Shown here one piece after another: positions 8,484-14,214 of a DNA stretch of 14,214 bases (positions are counted from its first letter, which is position 1; every line of letters starts with the position of its first letter). The translations under genes and the position numbers were made by a program. This DNA is from Calditrichia bacterium. GTDB taxonomy: Bacteria; Calditrichota; Calditrichia; RBG-13-44-9. The stretch is from contig JARRQT010000049.1 of the NCBI GenBank assembly GCA_037381445.1, positions 33,028 to 47,241 of the forward strand, written 5' to 3'. A model generated the notes under the pieces. That model saw nothing but the letters and a program-made list of their open reading frames with translations. It searched no databases and was not told the origin of the DNA.

Positions 8484-9434
8484 TTATGTAAATAAATCTT
8501 TCAGTAAATCGTAGGTTGCCATTCCTTTTCCCATGGTATAGATGTGAATTCCGGGTACCCCGAAGTCGATAAGCTGATGGCAAAGCTCAACGGTAAACTC
8601 CAGTCCTCTTTTGCGTGCTTCGGCCGGTGTAGGTGCGGTTTCCATTGATTCTACCAGTTTTGAGGGGAGGGAAATATGAAAATCTCGGGGGAGCGTAATC
8701 AGATGCCGCACACTGGTAATTGGCTTTATACCAGGCAGGATGGGGACGGTAATTCCAATACTCCTGGCTTTCTCCACAAAATTTTTATAAACCTCAAAGT
8801 CAAAAAACATCTGGCTAATGATGTAATGCGCCCCCTGATCAACTTTCTGTTTCAGATAGTACATGTCTTTGTCGGAATTCGCTGCTTCGTAATGCTTTTC
8901 CGGGTAGCCTGCCACGCCGATGCAAAAATTTGTCGGCTGGGCGTGATCGAGCTCTTCCACATAAAATCCCCGGTTCATCTGGGAAATCTGGTGTACCAGT
9001 TCGTTGGCATAAGCATTTCCTTCATGTTCTGGGAGGAACTCTTTTTGTCCGGGAGGAGGATCGCCGCGCACCGCGAATATATTTTCGATGCCCAGGTAAT
9101 GGAGGTCTATGAGCGCATCTTCGGTTTCATATTTATTAAAACCGCCGCAGATGAAATGCGGGACGGTATCTATTTTGTATCGATTTAAAACCGCTGAACA
9201 AATTCCCACTGTACCCGGTTTTTTCCGTTTCGGCCGGCGATGAATAATGCCGTTAATTTCTTCATAGACCACATGGGGCTGGTGATAGGTCACGCTTATA
9301 AAAGCAGGATTAAATTCGAGTAACGGATCTATGACCCGGAAGATATCTTCAATGCTTTGACCCTTGTTAGGGGGTGTGATTTCCAATGAGGTAAACAGTT
9401 TTTTGGAGCTATTAATTGCGTCGATTACATGCAT
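8484..9434 (-). CDS. metF: 5,10-methylenetetrahydrofolate reductase (Bacteroidetes-like type)
   Basis: SLEITPP, FISVTYH, VPHFICGG, AVRGDPP, GVAGYPEKH, LKQKVDQGA, SQMFFD, PILPGIKP, GIHIYTM. Confidence 0.95.
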   Translation of the reverse strand: MHVIDAINSSKKLFTSLEITPPNKGQSIEDIFRVIDPLLEFNPAFISVTYHQPHVVYEEINGIIHRRPKRKKPGTVGICSAVLNRYKIDTVPHFICGGFNKYETEDALIDLHYLGIENIFAVRGDPPPGQKEFLPEHEGNAYANELVHQISQMNRGFYVEELDHAQPTNFCIGVAGYPEKHYEAANSDKDMYYLKQKVDQGAHYIISQMFFDFEVYKNFVEKARSIGITVPILPGIKPITSVRHLITLPRDFHISLPSKLVESMETAPTPAEARKRGLEFTVELCHQLIDFGVPGIHIYTMGKGMATYDLLKDLFT

Positions 9435-9463
9435 TCAAACGAGCCTTTATATAAAATAAAAGA

Positions 9464-9500
9464 AAATAAAATTAATAATTTTATTTATCTTTGTAAAGAT
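9464..9500. repeat. Two abutting inverted repeats in the divergent metF/reductase intergenic region (possible operators)
   Basis: AAATAAAATTA-a-TAATTTTATTT (9464-9486) immediately followed by ATCTTT-gt-AAAGAT (9487-9500). Confidence 0.4.
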
Positions 9501-9599
9501 GTTTTTCTACGAATTCTCTCATTGCAGGTTCCTGATTTCCATCAGCAAAAGCATGGCAGTGCTTGGCCGATCTGATCATTAAAATTTAAATTGTTTGTT

Positions 9600-9627
9600 T
9601 TGACAGGAGAATGCTGCAAGATATATT
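9600..9627 (+). promoter_or_regulatory. Candidate sigma70-type promoter for the reductase gene
   Basis: TTGACA (9600-9605), 16 bp spacer, TATATT (9622-9627). It overlaps the ORF-track ATG at 9611, which supports a true start at 9701. Confidence 0.55.
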
Positions 9628-9700
9628 CAGATTGTTTTTTGGGGCAAATTTTGATAGGTTTCAGGCTGAAATTTTAAAAGGAAGTCAGAAAACCGGAATT

Positions 9701-10684
9701 ATGGCTAAAATAGTACTTACCGGGGCTACAGGATTTGTGGGAAGTTTTGTGGCGGAAAAACTAATTGAAGATCAGCATGAGGTTATCTGTCTGATTCGAA
9801 AAACCAGCAACCTGAAATGGCTGGAGAAACTTCCGGTGAGACTGGTAGTGGCGTCATTATTTGATCCGGAAACCTATAAAGATGTTCTCAGAAATGCCGA
9901 CTGTATTCTCCATGTCGCGGGAGTGACCAAAGCCGAAGATCCTGCCGATTACTACCGGGGGAACGTGCAGACCACAAAACTGCTGCTCGATACGGTTTTG
10001 GAGGTCAATCCGTCACTAAGTAAATTTTTGCTGGTAAGCAGTCAGGCGGCTGTGGGCCCTTCTCCGGACGAGATGCCCATTGATGAGAGTTATCCCTCTC
10101 GCCCGCTTACAGATTACGGCAAGAGCAAGCTGCTGGCTGAAAATCTGGCACGGACCTACATGAGCCGCCTGCCCATCACCATTGTCCGGCCGCCTTCAGT
10201 TTATGGTCCTAGGGATACGGATGTCTATATCTTCTTTAAAAATTTAAAGAAAGGCTGGAATGTTCAGGTCGGTGATACGGACCAGCTGGTGAGCCTGGTT
10301 TATGTGGAGGATCTCGCGCGCGGCATTATTCAGGCGGCCATATCGGAAAGAAGCAGCAGCAAAACCTATTTCCTGTGCGAAGAACCGGCCTATTACTGGT
10401 CCCATGTGGCAGAAATTGCAGCCGGAATCATGAATAGAAATTACCGAACTATTAAGATTCCCCTGCTCGCCGCGAAAGGAGTGGCGGGCATATTGGAAGT
10501 AATTTCCAAATTGCGTAAAAGACCAACTATTCTGAACAGACAGAAAATACTGGAAATTCAACAGCCATACTGGGCGATCTCATCACGCAGGGCCCAAACG
10601 GATTTTCACTATCATACCGGTTTTGCGCTCCCGGATGGAATTGCCCGCACTATTGAATGGTACCAGCATGCCTGCTGGTTGTAG
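9701..10684 (+). CDS. Extended SDR / NAD(P)-dependent epimerase-dehydratase family protein, probable ceramide reductase (CerR-like)
   Basis: The Rossmann motif IVLTGATGFVG starts right after ATG 9701. Also HVAGVT, SSQAAVGP, catalytic YGKSK and TIVRPPSVYGPRD. The family call is secure; the CerR role is inferred from proximity to spt and bcerS. Confidence 0.8.
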   Translation: MAKIVLTGATGFVGSFVAEKLIEDQHEVICLIRKTSNLKWLEKLPVRLVVASLFDPETYKDVLRNADCILHVAGVTKAEDPADYYRGNVQTTKLLLDTVLEVNPSLSKFLLVSSQAAVGPSPDEMPIDESYPSRPLTDYGKSKLLAENLARTYMSRLPITIVRPPSVYGPRDTDVYIFFKNLKKGWNVQVGDTDQLVSLVYVEDLARGIIQAAISERSSSKTYFLCEEPAYYWSHVAEIAAGIMNRNYRTIKIPLLAAKGVAGILEVISKLRKRPTILNRQKILEIQQPYWAISSRRAQTDFHYHTGFALPDGIARTIEWYQHACWL

Positions 10685-10744
10685 CGGGCATATATAAAAT
10701 GAAATTAACAATTCAGTCAAAGAACTAAGAGATGCAGGTTTTAT

Positions 10745-12031
10745 ATGCCATTAACACCCGATGAAGAAAAAAGATTACGAGAAGAAATAAGAAAAAAACT
10801 CGAGGAACGGGAAAAGCGGATTCTCGAACAGAAAAAACATGATGAGGACGCCAAACTGAATCATCTCGAAGAGCGGCTTCGGGCGAAAATTAAAGAGGAG
10901 GAGGAAGAAAAATATTTCAGGGAGCGCGGATATGTGAAGTATAAGAACCGTCATAATGAAATTGAGTGGCTGCTTCCGGAAGAGGCGGAAAAGCGAAAGA
11001 ACAGCCGCCGCACTTCCAGGCCCGGCTCTCACCATCACCGGAAGAAAAAACGCCTGCGAAATATTATCATCGATGCCGTTATTGTTGTGGTTACTTTGAT
11101 GGTGGTGGGATTTATTTATAAGTACAATCCCGTTGCGACTCCCAAAACCGGCTCCCTGTTTGTGGATTCGGATATTACCGGCGCTACCGTTGTTGTTGAT
11201 GGCGAGGAACTCAGTTATTTTACGCCGGATACGCTTCCCAAATTATCAAAAGGACGGCATTTTGTCACGGTGTATAAGGAGGGATACAGCACCTTCCCCC
11301 CCATGCAGGCTATCACAATTTCTGCGAAAAAAATGTCGTCTTTGTCCTTTCAATTGAAGAACACTTCCTCCATGGCTGTGGTGAAACTCCGGGTGAATCA
11401 AAAAGATTATCAGTTATTTGTGGACGGTCGTCCCTTTAAAACAGAAAAGAATGGTATTGCGCATTTGCCTTACGGCTATCATACGGTGATGGCGGTAAAG
11501 CCCGGTTTTCTGGCCACGCCCTCATATCAGCAGGTGCTGATTTCGGAAAAAGATACTACATTTGTTGAGTTCAATCTGGTCCCTTCATCTGACATCAGCT
11601 ATTTGCAGGTTTCGGATAATTTATACCGGGGCTCGGTTTATCTGGATAAAAAATATAGCGGGATTGAAGCACGGGGGGATATGCTGCCGGTAGCGGCGGG
11701 CACATATGAAATATCCGTCAGGGAGAATGGTTTTGTCAGCGAACCGGAAAGTCAACTGATTGAACTCAAACCGGGAGAAAAGCGGCTGATTGTCTTCCTG
11801 CTCAAACCGACTGAAAAATTTCAGAAGATTAATATCAGTTCCGCCCGGCCAGGAGCGGCGGTTGTTTTGGACGGAAAAGTGACGCCTTACGTTACGCCGG
11901 TCAGGGGTATCAATGTCTCGCCCGGAACCCACTTTTTAAATCTGGTGCGCGATAACCGGCAATATTCAGCCCTGGATGAGCGGATTTTGATTAAAGATCA
12001 TTCCAGTCCTGACTACCGGTTTGAGTTTTGA
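10745..12031 (+). CDS. Single-pass membrane protein with charged N-terminal coiled coil and four PEGA-like domains
   Basis: Glu/Lys/Arg-rich N-terminus, basic HHHRKKKR, TM helix IIIDAVIVVVTLMVVGFIY. Four PEGA-type repeats follow (GSLFVDSDITGATVVVDG..TP..GRHFVTVYKEGY; LFVDG..GYHTVMAVKPGF; VYLD..GTYEISVRENGF; ISSARPGAAVVLDG..TP..GTHFL). Confidence 0.8.
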   Translation: MPLTPDEEKRLREEIRKKLEEREKRILEQKKHDEDAKLNHLEERLRAKIKEEEEEKYFRERGYVKYKNRHNEIEWLLPEEAEKRKNSRRTSRPGSHHHRKKKRLRNIIIDAVIVVVTLMVVGFIYKYNPVATPKTGSLFVDSDITGATVVVDGEELSYFTPDTLPKLSKGRHFVTVYKEGYSTFPPMQAITISAKKMSSLSFQLKNTSSMAVVKLRVNQKDYQLFVDGRPFKTEKNGIAHLPYGYHTVMAVKPGFLATPSYQQVLISEKDTTFVEFNLVPSSDISYLQVSDNLYRGSVYLDKKYSGIEARGDMLPVAAGTYEISVRENGFVSEPESQLIELKPGEKRLIVFLLKPTEKFQKINISSARPGAAVVLDGKVTPYVTPVRGINVSPGTHFLNLVRDNRQYSALDERILIKDHSSPDYRFEF

Positions 12032-12391
12032 TTCTTCAATCTAGTCCAAACCTGGTGGTGATGTTCTAATTGAATATCGGGTTTTTGATTACCGCAATTG
12101 CATACCTTTTTCCCTTTCATTATTTACTCTCAAAAATCTGGCGTGCTGCATCTCCCGAATAGGAGAAGATGTACCTCGAAAATGACTTGCTATTCTGGAA
12201 TCATTATGGAAACACTTGATTTTCGGCGATTTTTCAGAAATTTAATTACCCTGGTTCGTATTCTATGCATAAATTTCACGGACCATGGCCAATGGATTTT
12301 TCGTTTTGCTGAAGCTTGGCATGGAATAGCGGATGAATACAAAAAATGAGATGGATTTGTCAAAAGGACAGAATGCAGGATATTGCACAAC

Positions 12392-14023
12392 ATGGATCTG
12401 GCTCTTCAATCGCTGAGAATAAAGGAAACACCCGCACTCTTCTCTGATTATCTGTATGATTTTCAGAAAACTTCCCGCTTTTTTCGCTGGAATTACAGGG
12501 ATGATTGGGAGAATTGCGCGGAAATCCGCTTGCGGGAATATGTGCACCGGGATGAAATGCGGAAGATTCTCCTTGCTCAAAATAAAGTCTGGCATGCCAC
12601 CGAATCCACAATCCGGAATATTGGGAAATTCGGAGAAAGCAATACACTGGCAATTGTCACTGGACAGCAGGCCGGCCTATACGGCGGCCCATTGTACACA
12701 ACTTATAAGGCGCTGACTGCAATAAAGCTGGCTGAATCATTATCCGTACGATATCCGCAATGGAATTTTGTGCCCGTTTTCTGGATGGAGGTGGGTGACA
12801 GCGATTTTGCTGAAGTGAATCATTTCCATCTCCTGAATCCGGAAAATGAGTTGGTCCGTCTTGGGCTGGATGAACAACCCCGGGATTTCCGTTCGGTTTA
12901 TCACCGGAAAATAACCGCGGATATTGACGGATTGCAGCCTCGACTCACTGAAAGCTGTATGGCCAGCGAATTCCGGGATAATATTCTTTCTGAGCTTAAA
13001 AATATTTATTCGCCGGGGAAGCCCTTTCCGGATGCTTTTGGTGAATGGCTCATGCATATGTTTGGAGACCGTGGGCTGGTGGTGGTTAATCCCACTGATA
13101 AAAGAATTGCTGAGTTAAGCCGCCCCATTTTTCTGCGGGCTTTGAATGATTGGGAAGTGCTCGGTGAAAAGGTGGATGAGGTCAGTGATCAGCTCAAAGA
13201 AGCCGGGTATCATCAGCAGATTACCCTTCAGGATCGCCAGACATTTCTATTCATAGAAAGTGAAGACGGAGGGCGCTGCCGCATCGATGCAGCCGCCCAT
13301 GGATTTCATGTCCGGCATCCCCAGCAGCCCTATTCAATCTCAAAAGACGAGCTTCAAAAAATTCTCGATAATGAAGCCTGGCGGTTTACACCAAATGTGG
13401 CGTTACGCCCGGTTCTTCAGGATTTCCTTTTCCCAACGCTTGCCTATATTGCAGGCCCCGGCGAGATAAGCTATGCTGCTCAGTTAAAACAAGTATACGA
13501 CTTTCTTCAGGTCACCGAACCCGTCTTTTTTCCGCGCTGCCGGATCACCATTGTGGAAAGAAAAATCCAAAAGCTGATCGGAAAATTTGGTCTGGATTAT
13601 TCCACGATTTTTGAAAGCCGCGGAAATCTCATGGATGATTATATCAAGGCAAATGAGGATAATAAGGTCAGCGAGGCATTCGGTATGGCTGAAAAGCGCC
13701 TCGATGACCTGATTGGACATCTGGATGAAGTTGTTTCGGCAGTTGATCAAATCCTGAAGCCGGCAGTCACAAAAACCAGGGAACAATTTTTCAATTCACT
13801 CAAAAAATTGAATGACAGGACCGAACAGGCAGTGAAAAGGAACCTGGAAACCGAGGTGTCCCAGCTCAGCAAAATATCGGCGAATCTGTTTCCGGCTGGT
13901 GACTACCAGGAGCGGGTGATAAATCACCTGCATTATCTTGTGAAATACGGACCTGAATTTGTCGCTGCCCTCTATAAAATTTTGCCTGCCTGGACGATAG
14001 ATCATCAACTGTTGTTCATTTAA
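12392..14023 (+). CDS. bshC: Bacillithiol biosynthesis cysteine-adding enzyme BshC
   Basis: IVTGQQAGLYGGPLYTTYKA, PVFWM..DSDFAE, FTPNVALRPVLQDFLFPTLAYIAGPGEISY, C-terminal coiled coil and QER motif. ATG 12392 (AGGA 11 nt upstream) is preferred over TTG 12383. Confidence 0.93.
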   Translation: MDLALQSLRIKETPALFSDYLYDFQKTSRFFRWNYRDDWENCAEIRLREYVHRDEMRKILLAQNKVWHATESTIRNIGKFGESNTLAIVTGQQAGLYGGPLYTTYKALTAIKLAESLSVRYPQWNFVPVFWMEVGDSDFAEVNHFHLLNPENELVRLGLDEQPRDFRSVYHRKITADIDGLQPRLTESCMASEFRDNILSELKNIYSPGKPFPDAFGEWLMHMFGDRGLVVVNPTDKRIAELSRPIFLRALNDWEVLGEKVDEVSDQLKEAGYHQQITLQDRQTFLFIESEDGGRCRIDAAAHGFHVRHPQQPYSISKDELQKILDNEAWRFTPNVALRPVLQDFLFPTLAYIAGPGEISYAAQLKQVYDFLQVTEPVFFPRCRITIVERKIQKLIGKFGLDYSTIFESRGNLMDDYIKANEDNKVSEAFGMAEKRLDDLIGHLDEVVSAVDQILKPAVTKTREQFFNSLKKLNDRTEQAVKRNLETEVSQLSKISANLFPAGDYQERVINHLHYLVKYGPEFVAALYKILPAWTIDHQLLFI

Positions 14024-14214
14024 CTGAAAGCAATTCAAGATTGGAATTGAGTGTTGGGGAATTTTGTGTTATCTTACTACCTGGAACGAATTGGAATTAA
14101 ATTTCGGGAATCTGCATTTAATGTTTTTGTGGAACAGTCTTTTGAATTTGTATCAGGCACGATAATATGAAACTCCCGGCAATATTTTTTAGCAGCACCT
14201 TGAAGTGTGGGATC

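Noticed and set aside
9435..9600. Canonical SAM-I or other known riboswitch upstream of metF
   Set aside because: No AUC-AGAG...GCAACC...GUGC...GAU core or other recognisable consensus found by eye
9611..9700. 30-aa N-terminal extension of the reductase in the ORF track
   Set aside because: It overlaps a good -35/-10 promoter, and the Rossmann fold begins right after ATG 9701
12098..12349. 83-aa ORF in the PEGA-bshC gap
   Set aside because: TTG start without RBS, atypical composition, no recognisable domain
1..14214. CRISPR arrays, IS elements, tRNA/rRNA, defence or phage genes
   Set aside because: No regularly spaced repeats, transposase/integrase motifs or structural RNA signatures were seen

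Overview
A 14.2 kb bacterial chromosomal window of moderate GC with no mobile elements, rRNA/tRNA or CRISPR. It probably comes from an FCB-related lineage such as Calditrichota or Ignavibacteria; this is inferred from gene flavour only and is not verified. Left (+ strand): the 3' end of a type IV pilus/T2SS-like operon, comprising the C-terminus of a PilX-like protein, a PilM-PilN fusion, PilO, a non-lipoprotein PilP/GspB-like protein, a short secretin and PilT. A strong hairpin terminator follows, preceded by a possible anti-Shine-Dalgarno small RNA. Middle: a likely complete bacterial ceramide (sphingolipid) pathway. Serine palmitoyltransferase and a GNAT-type bacterial ceramide synthase lie in tandem on the - strand, and a CerR-like NAD(P)-dependent reductase is transcribed divergently, with metF between them. 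Right (+ strand): a membrane-anchored four-PEGA-domain protein and bshC (bacillithiol synthesis). The most notable observation is the spt/bcerS/cerR trio, which routine annotation would probably label as AON synthase, hypothetical GNAT and epimerase.
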